This document shows positions 48,121 to 57,517 of a stretch of 64,000 nucleotides of DNA, piece after piece. The position numbers were made by a program, and so were the translations under genes. Position 1 is the stretch's first letter. Each line of letters begins with the position of its first letter. The stretch comes from Thermoproteota archaeon (GTDB lineage: Archaea; Korarchaeota; JAOZGF01; JAOZFZ01): the NCBI GenBank assembly GCA_027492035.1, contig JAOZFT010000004.1, positions 256,001 through 320,000 on the forward strand, given 5' to 3'. A model generated the notes under the pieces. The model was given only the letters and a program-made list of their open reading frames with translations. It was not told the origin of the DNA and ran no database searches.

Positions 48121-48569
48121 TGAGCAATTTAAAAATACAGAAAAGATTAGCTTCACAGATTTTAAAAGTTGGAACCGGTAGGGTTTGGATCAACCCAGAA
48201 AAAACAGGTTTGGTGGAGACAGCTATAACTAGGGAATCTGTTGCAAAGTTGATAAGTGAAGGAGTGATTAAGAAAAGGAAAGTGAAAGGGACAAGTAGAG
48301 CAAGAGCTAGAATCCGTCATTTCAAAAGAAAGAAAAGGTCAAGGACCCCTGGCAACAAGAAAGGGTCAAAATATTCTATAGTTTCTAGAAAAAGAAGATG
48401 GGTCATGAAAACAAGAGCCCTAAGAAAATTTATTAAGGAATTAAAGGGAAGGAGGAAGATCTCTAATGAAGTTTACCGGAAACTTTACAGAATGATAAGT
48501 GGGGGGTACTTTACATCCAGAACTCATGTTAAGTTCTACTTGACAAGGCACGGTTTGTGGAGGAGATAA
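48120..48569 (+). CDS. rpl19e: 50S ribosomal protein eL19
   Basis: L..QKRLA..ILKVG..RVW, SR.RAR, YR.LY....GG.F. Confidence 0.96.
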   Translation: MSNLKIQKRLASQILKVGTGRVWINPEKTGLVETAITRESVAKLISEGVIKKRKVKGTSRARARIRHFKRKKRSRTPGNKKGSKYSIVSRKRRWVMKTRALRKFIKELKGRRKISNEVYRKLYRMISGGYFTSRTHVKFYLTRHGLWRR

Positions 48570-48570
48570 G

Positions 48571-49164
48571 GTGGGGAAGAAAAGAATTTATAAAGTTCCC
48601 TTTAAAAGGAAAAGGGAGGGAAAAACAAATTACTATAAACGTTTGACCCTGCTTAAGTCTAAAAAATTACTTGTAGTTCTAAGGGGATCTTTGAAACATT
48701 TCAGGGTTCAATTCGTGGAACCGAAAATAGAAGGAGACAAAACAATAGTCTCCGCTTGGTCTCAGCAACTTATTAAAAAGTATGGGTGGAAAGCTCCTAC
48801 AGGGAACGTCCCTGCAGCTTACTTAACAGGTTATTTATGCGGGAAAAAAGCCACAAAGTTAGGGATAAATTTTGCAGTTCCATATTTCGGGCTTCACAGA
48901 TCCACTAAAGGAAACAGGTTATTCTCCGCCATTAAAGGATTAATAGATGCAGGTGTTACTGTTCCATGTGAAGAAAAAATGCTACCTGAAGAAGAAAGGG
49001 TGAAAGGTGAACATGTGGCAAGTTACGCCCAGGAAATACTGGAGGAAAACGAAGCCCTGTACTACAAAAGGTTTTCGGGTTATTTATCGAAAGGGTTAAA
49101 ACCTGAGGACTTACCTAACCATTTTGAGGTTGTTAAAAAAAGGATTGAAAGTGATTTCTCGTGA
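48571..49164 (+). CDS. rpl18: 50S ribosomal protein uL18
   Basis: REGKTNY.KR, N.PAAYLTG, G..DAG, G.H. Confidence 0.96.
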   Translation: MGKKRIYKVPFKRKREGKTNYYKRLTLLKSKKLLVVLRGSLKHFRVQFVEPKIEGDKTIVSAWSQQLIKKYGWKAPTGNVPAAYLTGYLCGKKATKLGINFAVPYFGLHRSTKGNRLFSAIKGLIDAGVTVPCEEKMLPEEERVKGEHVASYAQEILEENEALYYKRFSGYLSKGLKPEDLPNHFEVVKKRIESDFS

Positions 49165-49787
49165 GTGAGCAAGAGTGGTATCCAAAAACTAAGTTAGGAA
49201 GGATGGTGTTTAATGGAGAGATAACTTCAATAGATGACATTTTCAAGTTAAACAAAAAAATTAAAGAGCCTGAGATAGTTGATTTCCTTCTACCAAACCT
49301 TGAAAGTGAAGTAGCTGATATAACCCTCGTCCAGAGACAAACAGATGCAGGTGAAGTTAGTAGATTCAGAGTAGTTGTTGTAGTAGGTAACAGAAGTGGA
49401 TATATTGGTGTAGGTAAAGGAGTTGCTAGAGAGATACCTACAGCCATTAAAAAGGCAACTCAAAACGCTAAGTTAAACCTTCAACTGGTAATTAGAGGGT
49501 GTGGGAGCTGGGCGTGTGGATGCGGTGGACAGCTTCATAGTTTACCCTTCACAGTTGAAGGTGCAAGCGGGTCTGTACGTGTAAAAATAATTCCAGCCCC
49601 TAGAGGTGTGGGTTTAGTTACCGGTGAAAAAGCTAAAACTGTTTTAAAGCTTGCCGGTATTTCAGATGCTTGGGTGAAAACTAAGGGGAACACTAGAACA
49701 ACTTTAAACTTTGTCGTAGCCACTTATAAAGCATTAACACAAACAACCAAGGTGATTACTAAGGAGGATTGGAGGATAAAATTATGA
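49161..49787 (+). CDS. rps5: 30S ribosomal protein uS5
   Basis: W.PKT.LG, QTDAG, RGCGSW.C, PAPRG.GL, G.T.T..N. Confidence 0.96.
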   Translation: MSEQEWYPKTKLGRMVFNGEITSIDDIFKLNKKIKEPEIVDFLLPNLESEVADITLVQRQTDAGEVSRFRVVVVVGNRSGYIGVGKGVAREIPTAIKKATQNAKLNLQLVIRGCGSWACGCGGQLHSLPFTVEGASGSVRVKIIPAPRGVGLVTGEKAKTVLKLAGISDAWVKTKGNTRTTLNFVVATYKALTQTTKVITKEDWRIKL

Positions 49788-50269
49788 GCTCTGGAAACGG
49801 GAAGAAGAAACTGGTTGTGGTAAGGGTGAGGGGAAGGGTTGCACCCCGAGAAGTAAATAAAACACTTGAACTTTTGAACATTAAAAAGAAGTTCCGGGCT
49901 ACTTTGGTTGATAACTGTCCCTCTTACCTTGGAATGTTAAACCATGTACGTAATTACATAGCGTGGGGTGAAATTTCCAAGGAAAACTTGGTTACCCTTT
50001 TAAGGAAGAGAGGGAGGCTAATAGGTGACAAGCCTTTAACAGATAAGTATTTAGAAAGGAACACAGACTTTAGCTCAGTAGAGGAGTTAGCTGAAAAAAT
50101 TTATAATTGCGAGTGTTCACTTAAGGATGTAAAAGGTTTGAAGAAATTTTTCAGGTTAAGGCCCCCAAAGAAAGGGTTTAAGGGGTCAATTAAAAAATCT
50201 GTGGAGAACAGGGGTATTCTCGGTTATCACGGTGAAAAAATTAATGAATTGATTGCAAGGATGATTTAG
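49784..50269 (+). CDS. rpl30: 50S ribosomal protein uL30
   Basis: VRVRG, TL.LL, GML..V..YIAWGE, FRL.PP.KG; ATG overlaps the uS5 stop. Confidence 0.95.
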   Translation: MSSGNGKKKLVVVRVRGRVAPREVNKTLELLNIKKKFRATLVDNCPSYLGMLNHVRNYIAWGEISKENLVTLLRKRGRLIGDKPLTDKYLERNTDFSSVEELAEKIYNCECSLKDVKGLKKFFRLRPPKKGFKGSIKKSVENRGILGYHGEKINELIARMI

Positions 50270-50280
50270 GAGGTTAAGAA

Positions 50281-50730
50281 ATGACTACAAGGAAAGAGAA
50301 AAGGTCAAGGAAATTCAGAGGATTAAAAACTCATGGTTGGGGAATAAAGAGCCACAGAAAAAGTGGCTATAGGGGGGGTTTCGGTAAAGCAGGGGGTCAT
50401 AAGCATCACTGGACAAAGGTTTTAGTTGAGGAACCCGACTACTTCGGAAAAGGAATGAGAGGGATTAGAAGACCCAAAAAACTAATTAAAGCCCCTAAAA
50501 CCGTGAACTTAGGTTATATAGAGGAAAAGTTAGATGAACTTGTAAGTAGAAAGTTGGTGGAGGAAGAAGGCGGTGTTTTTAAAGTTGACGTTAGGAAGTT
50601 AGGGTTTGAAAAGGTTTTAGGGGAGGGGAACGTGAACCATAAGTTGCATATTTTGGCATTTAAGTTCTCACGTAAAGCTGTTGAGAAAATCGAGGGCAAA
50701 GGAGGCAAGGTAACTGTTTTGGAGGGGTGA
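50281..50730 (+). CDS. rpl15: 50S ribosomal protein uL15
   Basis: RG..THG.G, RGG.G.AG..KH, KVLG.G, FS..A.EKIE..GG. Confidence 0.96.
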   Translation: MTTRKEKRSRKFRGLKTHGWGIKSHRKSGYRGGFGKAGGHKHHWTKVLVEEPDYFGKGMRGIRRPKKLIKAPKTVNLGYIEEKLDELVSRKLVEEEGGVFKVDVRKLGFEKVLGEGNVNHKLHILAFKFSRKAVEKIEGKGGKVTVLEG

Positions 50731-50733
50731 CTT

Positions 50734-52140
50734 TTGGATTTCTTAGAGGTTTTAGCCAAGATTTCAAAGTATATTCCTGGAGTTAAAAACCCTAAAAGAC
50801 ACGTAACCTTAAATGAAAAAATACTTTGGACAGGAATTGTTGTAGTGATTTATTATGTTTTAACCCAAGTTCCTCTTTACGGAATCCCTAAAGTGACAAC
50901 GGATTACTTGGCACAGTTAAGGTTTATTTTTGCAGGTGCAGCTGGAACTTTACTTGAACTGGGTATAAGTCCCATAGTTACGGCAGGCATAATACTCGAA
51001 CTCTTTGTCGGTTCCAAAATAATTGAATTGGATTTAACTTCTGCTGAGGACAGAGCAAAGTTTACAGCTGCGCAGCGAACCTTCTCGATAATAATGATAA
51101 TTTTTGAAGCCTCAATTTATGTTTTCGGCGGCAGATACGGGAGAGTGGGGGAAGTTATTTCTTTAACCACTGCTTCGCTTTTATTTTTCCAACTTTTCAT
51201 CGGCAGCTACATAACTCTACTTCTGGATGAGTTAACTTCAACTTGGGGAATAGGTAGCGGTATAAGCTTATTTATTGCTGCCGGTGTTGCCCAAACAATT
51301 TTCTGGGAGACATTTTCTCCCCTTAAAGACAAGTACGGAAATTACATTGGAGCCCTTTTTGCGTTGATAGGCAGCGGCGGAGCTGTGTGGTATAGGGAGG
51401 GATACCCCTCCATGGTTGGTTTATTAGCAAGTGTTGTTGTTTTTGTTGTGGTTATTTTTCTTCAAACAGTTCAAGTTGAAATACCCATATCTTATGGTTC
51501 AGTTAAGGGGATGAGGGGGAAATATCCAATCAGTCTACTTTATATTTCAAACATTCCCATAATATTTGCGTCTACACTGTTTGCTGATGTCTATTTAATT
51601 TCTCAAATGCTTTGGAGTAGGTTTTCAACTTCTACCAATGAATTGTTGAGGAGACTTGTTTCCTTAATAGGGACTTATGAAGTTACAGAGACAGGCAGAC
51701 TCTCCATAAAAGGTGGTTTATGCTACTACTTAACGTCGCCTTATGGGCTTCATTCAGCCATGAGCGACCCTTTAAGGTCAATTATTTACACTGTGGTATT
51801 AATTATAGTAAGTGTAATTTTCGGTGTAGTATGGGTTGAACTTTCCGGCATGGATGCAAAATCGATAGCTAAACAATTTGTTTCAAGTGGAATGACAATT
51901 CCAGGTTTCAGGTCAAGCTACAAAGTTTTAGAAAAAGTTTTAAGTCGATACATTTACCCCGTAACAATCATAGGTGCAATATTGGTAGGTGTGATAGCTG
52001 CATTCGCTGACTTTTTCGGTTCCATAGGTAGAGGCATGGGCATTTTATTAGCAACCATGATTTTGTGGCAGTTCTACCAATCACTTGCTAGAGAACAGAT
52101 TCAAGAGGCCCACCCATTAATAAGGAGGTTTATGAAGTAA
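50734..52140 (+). CDS. secY: Preprotein translocase SecY/Sec61 alpha
   Basis: GTL.ELGI.PIVTA, DE....WGIGSGISLFI, Y.SNIP.I, IPGFR. Confidence 0.97.
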   Translation: MDFLEVLAKISKYIPGVKNPKRHVTLNEKILWTGIVVVIYYVLTQVPLYGIPKVTTDYLAQLRFIFAGAAGTLLELGISPIVTAGIILELFVGSKIIELDLTSAEDRAKFTAAQRTFSIIMIIFEASIYVFGGRYGRVGEVISLTTASLLFFQLFIGSYITLLLDELTSTWGIGSGISLFIAAGVAQTIFWETFSPLKDKYGNYIGALFALIGSGGAVWYREGYPSMVGLLASVVVFVVVIFLQTVQVEIPISYGSVKGMRGKYPISLLYISNIPIIFASTLFADVYLISQMLWSRFSTSTNELLRRLVSLIGTYEVTETGRLSIKGGLCYYLTSPYGLHSAMSDPLRSIIYTVVLIIVSVIFGVVWVELSGMDAKSIAKQFVSSGMTIPGFRSSYKVLEKVLSRYIYPVTIIGAILVGVIAAFADFFGSIGRGMGILLATMILWQFYQSLAREQIQEAHPLIRRFMK

Positions 52141-52161
52141 TAAGGGGAAAAGGGAGGAAAT

Positions 52162-52704
52162 ATGTTTTTTGAAGGTTTTATTACGGGAATTTTGAAATGG
52201 CTTTACGGCTTAGTTAAGTGGTGGATTGTTCCACCTAGATCAATGGTCTTCACTTTAATATTAGCTCTTATTCTCAACATTGTCTCAGCTTCTTTCCAGA
52301 AACTTTTAGTTGATGTTGATGAACTTAGAAGAAGCCTTAAAAAGGTTAAAGAGTTTAATGAACTTAAAAAGAAAGCCCTGCTAACTAAAGATAAAAAACT
52401 TATGGCTAAAGTTAAGAAAGAGGAGCCTGCGATTTTGAAGATTCAATTAGAGATTTCTAAAAAACAAATGATGCCTACATTTATAATGTTGCCTTTAATA
52501 CTTGTTTTTTGGTGGATTTTCTACCCTTTCTTTACAGCAATGCCTGTGGTTAAACTCCCCTTCTCCGTGCCTTTCTTAAGCTTATTTCATGGAAACCATA
52601 TATTGTCAAATGATTTGTTAGGGTTCCTTGGCTGGTACATAATTGTTTCTTATTCACTTTACCCCTTTGTGCAAAAACTTTTCAGGATCCCTAGTCTAAG
52701 TTAA
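52162..52704 (+). CDS. DUF106 / EMC3-TMCO1 (Oxa1-superfamily) membrane protein
   Basis: TM, coiled coil, two TMs ending in WYI..S; conserved position after secY. Confidence 0.85.
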   Translation: MFFEGFITGILKWLYGLVKWWIVPPRSMVFTLILALILNIVSASFQKLLVDVDELRRSLKKVKEFNELKKKALLTKDKKLMAKVKKEEPAILKIQLEISKKQMMPTFIMLPLILVFWWIFYPFFTAMPVVKLPFSVPFLSLFHGNHILSNDLLGFLGWYIIVSYSLYPFVQKLFRIPSLS

Positions 52705-52712
52705 ATTTTTAT

Positions 52713-53000
52713 GTGGGGGAAGAGGTTCCAGCTATGAGGAAGAAATCAGGTAACGTGAAGAGAATACATAGAAAGACACCAGGTAACCGCACCACTTTAA
52801 TTTATAAAAGAAAGAGACATGGCAAGGCAGTTTGTGCAGTTTGCAGCGCTAAATTGCCAGGTGTACCTACTGGACCGAAAAGTTTAATGAGGAATCTTCC
52901 TAAATCTAAAAAAAGGGTTAACAGGAAATATGGAGGATGCTTGTGTTCTAGGTGTATGCGCGTCCAAGTCACAAAGGAAGTGCGAGGAATTCTTTCATGA
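52713..53000 (+). CDS. rpl34e: 50S ribosomal protein eL34
   Basis: KTPG, C..C...L.GV, R..R.YGG.LC..C. Confidence 0.95.
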   Translation: MGEEVPAMRKKSGNVKRIHRKTPGNRTTLIYKRKRHGKAVCAVCSAKLPGVPTGPKSLMRNLPKSKKRVNRKYGGCLCSRCMRVQVTKEVRGILS

Positions 53001-53542
53001 CTAAACACGTTGTAGCGATTTCAGGTAAAGCGGGAAGTGGCAAAACGACTGTCGCTAAGGAACTAGCTCGAAAACTAAATTTAAGATATGTTTCTGCAGG
53101 TTTATTTTTTAGGAAACTCTGTAAAGAAAGGGGAGTTGATTTCCAGTTTCTTCACAAAGAAGCTGAAAATGATCCTTCAATAGATAAGAAAGTAGATGAT
53201 ATGTTAAGGAAAGAAGCTGAAAAGGGTAATGTGGTTTTAGAAGGCAGATTAGCATGTTGGATGGCTGCAGAAAACGCAACAGTTAAAGTTTATTTGTTCG
53301 CTTCCGAAAAGGAAAGGGTGAAGAGAATAGCGGAGAGAGATAACTTAAGCTACGAAGAAGCTCTTAAACAAATTCTAAAGAGGGAAGAAAGCAACAAAAG
53401 AAGATATCTTAAATACTACAGCCTAGACCCTGATGAAGCATCCATTTGTGACATTTTGATCAACTCTTCAAAGTGGAAGCCTCATCAAATAGTTGAAATT
53501 ATTAAGAAAGCATATTTCTTACGGGAAAAGGAGGTGGAATAA
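52997..53542 (+). CDS. cmk: Cytidylate kinase (archaeal type)
   Basis: ISG.AGSGKTT, SAG..FR, ID..D, LEGRL; ATGA coupling to eL34. Confidence 0.93.
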   Translation: MTKHVVAISGKAGSGKTTVAKELARKLNLRYVSAGLFFRKLCKERGVDFQFLHKEAENDPSIDKKVDDMLRKEAEKGNVVLEGRLACWMAAENATVKVYLFASEKERVKRIAERDNLSYEEALKQILKREESNKRRYLKYYSLDPDEASICDILINSSKWKPHQIVEIIKKAYFLREKEVE

Positions 53543-53814
53543 TGTCTCTTTTTGAAGTAGGCAGGGTTTGTGTTAAAAAAGCTGGGAGAGAAGCTGGGCG
53601 TTTCTGCGTCATTGTGGATTTAATAGATAAAAACTATGTTTTGGTTACGGGGCCAAAGCAATTAACAGGTGTAAGGAGAAGGAGAGTTAACATTGACCAT
53701 TTGGAAATAACTAAACATAAAATCAACATCTCCAAAGGAGCTGATGACGACGAGGTAGTGAAGGCTTTAAATGAATCAACACTGCTTAAAATTTTTCAAG
53801 GAAGGAAGAAATGA
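53542..53814 (+). CDS. rpl14e: 50S ribosomal protein eL14
   Basis: GRVCVK.AGREAG..CVIVD, GV.RRR.N..H. Confidence 0.95.
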   Translation: MSLFEVGRVCVKKAGREAGRFCVIVDLIDKNYVLVTGPKQLTGVRRRRVNIDHLEITKHKINISKGADDDEVVKALNESTLLKIFQGRKK

Positions 53815-54778
53815 ATAAAGGGATGGATGAGTGGCTTACAAAAACAAGATATGAAAAGCCAAATTTGTACAAAGGATGGAGCAGTGAAAAAGATGTACCC
53901 CAATTATTAAATAAAGGAATTGTTCCAGTTGATAAGCCTCCCTCAATGACTTCAACGGCTGTTGTGGAATGGGTTAAATCCCTCTTCCATGTATCTAAGG
54001 CAGGTCATTTAGGAACCCTAGACCCCTACATAAAGGGGAGGGAAATCCTAACGTTACAGGGGTCTTACCTGTAGCCCTCGGTAAAGCCTGTAAAGTTGCT
54101 GATTTATTGCTTAAAACAGAAAAGGAATATGTTGGAGTGATGAAGCTTCATCGAGATATTCCAGAAGAAAATGTACGTAATGTTTTTGAAGTGTTTAAAG
54201 GGGAAATATATCAGGTTCCCCCCTCCAGGGCGGCTGTGAAAAGGAGTTTGCGCGTAAGAAAAATTCATGAACTGAAACTTTTACAGAAAAAGGGTAAATT
54301 CGTTCTGTTTCAGGTGAACTGTCAATCAGGTACTTACGTAAGGAAACTCTGCGTCGATATCGGCAGGGTTTTGAAAGTAAGAGCTAACATGGTTAGTTTA
54401 CGCAGAATAAAAACTGGAACATTTCACGAAGATCAATCCTTCACTTTACCACAAATAACCCTCGCTTATTATTTGTGGAAAACTAGGGGGGTAGAGGAGC
54501 CGATAAGGGAAGTTGTTAAACCACTAGATTCAGTCCTTAACAATTTGTTACCTGCAATATTAATCAAAGACTCTGCAGTCGAACCTGTTAAGAACGGTTT
54601 TCCGTTAATGATCCCAGGAATCATAGCTTTATCCAGTAAGGTTCCGAGAGGAGGCATTGTCTCTATTCAAAAATTAAACGGGGAAATAATTGCAGTTGCA
54701 AAAACGGTTTTATCTTCTGAAGAAATTTACAAGAAGAAAAGGGGGGTTGCAGCGAAACCTATCAAAGTTCTTGTCTAA
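53811..54778 (+). CDS. cbf5: H/ACA pseudouridine synthase Cbf5, spliced: join(53811..54021,54045..54778)
   Basis: VDKP, GH.GTLD|PNVTGVLP restored after removing 23 nt; KEYV, Q.PP..AVK, SGTY.R, LRR, PUA domain. Confidence 0.93.
54022..54044 (+). other. 23-nt BHB intron in cbf5 pre-mRNA
   Basis: Central helix CCCT/AGGG, bulges AG|A and AA|A, intron stem CCCC/GGGG, exon stem TTAGGA/TCCTAA. Confidence 0.9.
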
Positions 54779-54858
54779 AAAGAAATTTTAAAAACGTATA
54801 CCTTACCCTTATTTCTTAAAGGGTAAAATGTTTTTGCTGCTTAATTTGTTGAAAGATT

Positions 54859-54962
54859 GCCGGGGTACTCCAGCCAGGTAGGAGGCGGGCCTGGAGAAAT
54901 TTCTTTTAAACAAAAAGCCCGTGGCTCTTGGAGCCTCGTGGGTTCAAATCCCACCCCCGGCG
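54859..54962 (+). tRNA. tRNA-Ser(GGA) with 19-nt insertion at 37/38 (54897-54915)
   Basis: Cloverleaf with long variable arm and G73; the insertion lacks a proper BHB helix. Confidence 0.85.
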
Positions 54963-54966
54963 TCTC

Positions 54967-55371
54967 TTATTTTTCCCTTTCTTTCTTAACAGCGAACTCT
55001 GGGAAGAAAAAAACTTCTCTGCCTACTTTCTCAACTTCCTCAAAATCTATGTAACATATCCCCTTACGTGCTAAATTGGTAAGTAGGTCTTTTGCGTCAT
55101 CGATGGGTATTTGCAGCTCTTCAGCAACTGTTGAAACAGTTAATTTTCCATTGTAGGCTTCCGCTAATCTAAGTACTGGACTTTCAAGTCTTAAACTTTT
55201 AGGTTTCCTTGTTCCAAAAAATAGGGTTAGTCCTGCTAAAGCGAAGAAAACAAAACCTGTCAGGATTCGTTGAGGTGCAAAAACAGAGGCAATTATAAAA
55301 AGAATACCTAAGAAGGCAAGTATTGTAGAGGATATGTACAATAACGCCTTAATTACTTGTCTCTGTTTCAT
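54967..55371 (-). CDS. Two-TM membrane protein with C-terminal winged-helix-like domain
   Basis: Two hydrophobic helices then VLRLA...NGKLTVSTVAEELQIPIDDAKDLLTNLARKG...FFFPEF; start reassigned to ATG 55371. Confidence 0.75.
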   Translation of the reverse strand: MKQRQVIKALLYISSTILAFLGILFIIASVFAPQRILTGFVFFALAGLTLFFGTRKPKSLRLESPVLRLAEAYNGKLTVSTVAEELQIPIDDAKDLLTNLARKGICYIDFEEVEKVGREVFFFPEFAVKKEREK

Positions 55372-55396
55372 TTCTATTTTGCACGCTGCTTGATTT

Positions 55397-56089
55397 TTAG
55401 GTTTCGGCTTCAAGTTTTTTAATTTCTTCATCCACTCTACTTTTTATCCTTTCCTTCTCCAACTCTTTCTCTAATATATCTCTTTCTTCTTCGTCCATGT
55501 AGTTTATGGCCCCCCCTGTAGCTATTAACTCATCTATGGCTGCACTTTTGGCTTTTAAGTCATTTATTTTTTCTTCAGCCCTTCTCACTATTGCACCAGC
55601 GTTAGCGGCGTCGTTCGACAGTCCAGTCAGCGTTTCCTTTATTTCTTTCTGTGCTTCAGCGGTTTCATACTGGGCCTTCAACATCTCCTTTTTTGCAGCA
55701 AAGGAATCAACTTTAGTCCTTAAAGTTTCTCTTAATGTTTTCAGCTTCTCTTCATCTTTTTTCATCGATTCTATTTCTTCATTTAGTTTTCTCAGCTGCT
55801 CTTCCAGAAGTACCTTCCTCTCAATAGCCATCCTCGCTAAGTCTTTTCTCCCAAGTTTCATGGCTTCTTCTGCATTCTCCTCATTTTTCCTGATTTTCTC
55901 TTTTATCCTCTCTCTCCTGAACTCTAACTTTTTTCTGGCAGCAATAGCTGTTGTTAAGCTCATATCTACGTTATGGAGTTGTTGAATCATTTTTTCGTAA
56001 GCGTAGTCAAGTTGTTCACGTGGGTCTTCAAATGAAGAAAGTACTTTATTGATTTTTGAAGCTATAAGTGTTTTAACGCGTTCCAACAT
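55397..56089 (-). CDS. pspA: PspA/IM30 (ESCRT-III superfamily) protein
   Basis: R...LI.SKIN......EDP.EQL, G..DLAR.A..RK, KA.Y..A.AQ, R.EEKI....A...AI.EL, V.EE...L. Confidence 0.92.
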   Translation of the reverse strand: MLERVKTLIASKINKVLSSFEDPREQLDYAYEKMIQQLHNVDMSLTTAIAARKKLEFRRERIKEKIRKNEENAEEAMKLGRKDLARMAIERKVLLEEQLRKLNEEIESMKKDEEKLKTLRETLRTKVDSFAAKKEMLKAQYETAEAQKEIKETLTGLSNDAANAGAIVRRAEEKINDLKAKSAAIDELIATGGAINYMDEEERDILEKELEKERIKSRVDEEIKKLEAET

Positions 56090-56125
56090 TTTTTCTTCAT
56101 CACCTTCAAAAACACTTTAAATTTC

Positions 56126-56521
56126 CTACACCCTCCTTCCTCTTCTCCCTCCAGGTCTCCTTGTGCCGTCGTGAGGTATAGGTGTAACATCTTCTATCGA
56201 CTCAATTATTAACCCACTTCTAGCTAATGCCCTTATAGCCGCCTGTGCACCTGGACCTGGAGTTTTGGATTTATGTCCTCCTTGGGCTCTGACTTTAACA
56301 TGTATTCTTTTAATTCCTTTGTCAAGGGCTTCCTTAGCTGCTGCATAAGCTGTCTTCATGGCTGCAAAGGGGGTTCCTTCTTCACAATCTTTCCTCACAA
56401 ACATTCCTCCACTTTTTCTTGAAATTATTTCTGCACCTGTTAAGTCTGTTATTGTCACTATTGTGTTGTTGTAGCTTGAGTAGATGTGAGCTACTCCCTT
56501 CCTTCTTTTCGATTCTTTCAC
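56126..56521 (-). CDS. rps11: 30S ribosomal protein uS11
   Basis: [39 protein letters not shown]. Confidence 0.97.
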   Translation of the reverse strand: MKESKRRKGVAHIYSSYNNTIVTITDLTGAEIISRKSGGMFVRKDCEEGTPFAAMKTAYAAAKEALDKGIKRIHVKVRAQGGHKSKTPGPGAQAAIRALARSGLIIESIEDVTPIPHDGTRRPGGRRGRRV

Positions 56522-56522
56522 G

Positions 56523-57020
56523 TTAACTCACCTTTCTCCCTGAACCTTTTTGAGTAAATGTTATAGTGTCTTCCTCTTCTCTTTTGACGATGTAACTCGG
56601 TTTCTTTATTCTTCTTCCTGCAACTGCAACGTGTCCATGTGTTATTAGTTGTCTTGCTTCATAAATTGTTTTTGCTAACCCTTTCTCAAAAACTATTGTC
56701 TGTAACCGCCTCCTTAGAAAGTCTTCAACTGTTAAGTTAAGTACAGCCTCCAACTTGGCGTTTTCACTAAGTACTTTCTCTCTTTTTAGTTTTTCTAGTA
56801 TCTTCTTCTCTAAAGCTCTATTTTTCTCGTTTGGAGGCATACCTATCAGCTTCCTAGCTATCACTCTGTATCTTCTAAGCACTGCCCTGGCTCTCCATAT
56901 TTCTCTTTTGTTTCTTAAACCATATTTTCCAAGCAGTTCTTGTTCCTGGACCAACCTTATTTTGTCCCAAGGTATCCTAGGCGGCTTATATTTTCTCCTA
57001 ACTCTTTTTATGTCTCCCAT
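56523..57020 (-). CDS. rps4: 30S ribosomal protein uS4
   Basis: [27 protein letters not shown]. Confidence 0.96.
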   Translation of the reverse strand: MGDIKRVRRKYKPPRIPWDKIRLVQEQELLGKYGLRNKREIWRARAVLRRYRVIARKLIGMPPNEKNRALEKKILEKLKREKVLSENAKLEAVLNLTVEDFLRRRLQTIVFEKGLAKTIYEARQLITHGHVAVAGRRIKKPSYIVKREEEDTITFTQKGSGRKVS

Positions 57021-57027
57021 TTCTTTA

Positions 57028-57477
57028 TCACTTCCTTACTTCTCTCCTCTTAACCCCTACTGCTACTCCTTTCCTGCCTGTTGTTTTTGTCCTTTGTCCT
57101 CTCACTTTTAACCCTAAAGCATGTCTTATTCCTCTCCAGTTCTTGACTTTCTTTTGTCTATCTATATCCTCCTTAACTTTCAGTTCCAGGTCCGGCCCCA
57201 CTAAATGTAAATCCTTCCCTGTTTCAAGATCTTTTCTTCTGTTTAAAAGCCATGGGGGGGCAATTGTGGCGTCTATCTTTTTTATGAATTCCTCTATCTT
57301 TTCCACCTCCTTGTCTTTTAACTCCCCTATTTTGCTGTTGCTATCCAGTTTCAGCTTTGAAACTATGTATTGGGCTGTTGCGTAACTTACCCCCTTTATT
57401 TGAGCTAATCCATAAATTAATTTGTAGTTTCCTTGTATATCTGTCCTTGCTATCCTTACAATGTGTTTGAAAGACAT
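57028..57477 (-). CDS. rps13: 30S ribosomal protein uS13
   Basis: IVRI..TD, P.WLLNRRKD, RG.RH..GLKVRGQRT.T.GR. Confidence 0.97.
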   Translation of the reverse strand: MSFKHIVRIARTDIQGNYKLIYGLAQIKGVSYATAQYIVSKLKLDSNSKIGELKDKEVEKIEEFIKKIDATIAPPWLLNRRKDLETGKDLHLVGPDLELKVKEDIDRQKKVKNWRGIRHALGLKVRGQRTKTTGRKGVAVGVKRREVRK

Positions 57478-57517
57478 TTTATCTCATCCTTTTCCAGGTT
57501 GAAAAAATTGTTTTATT

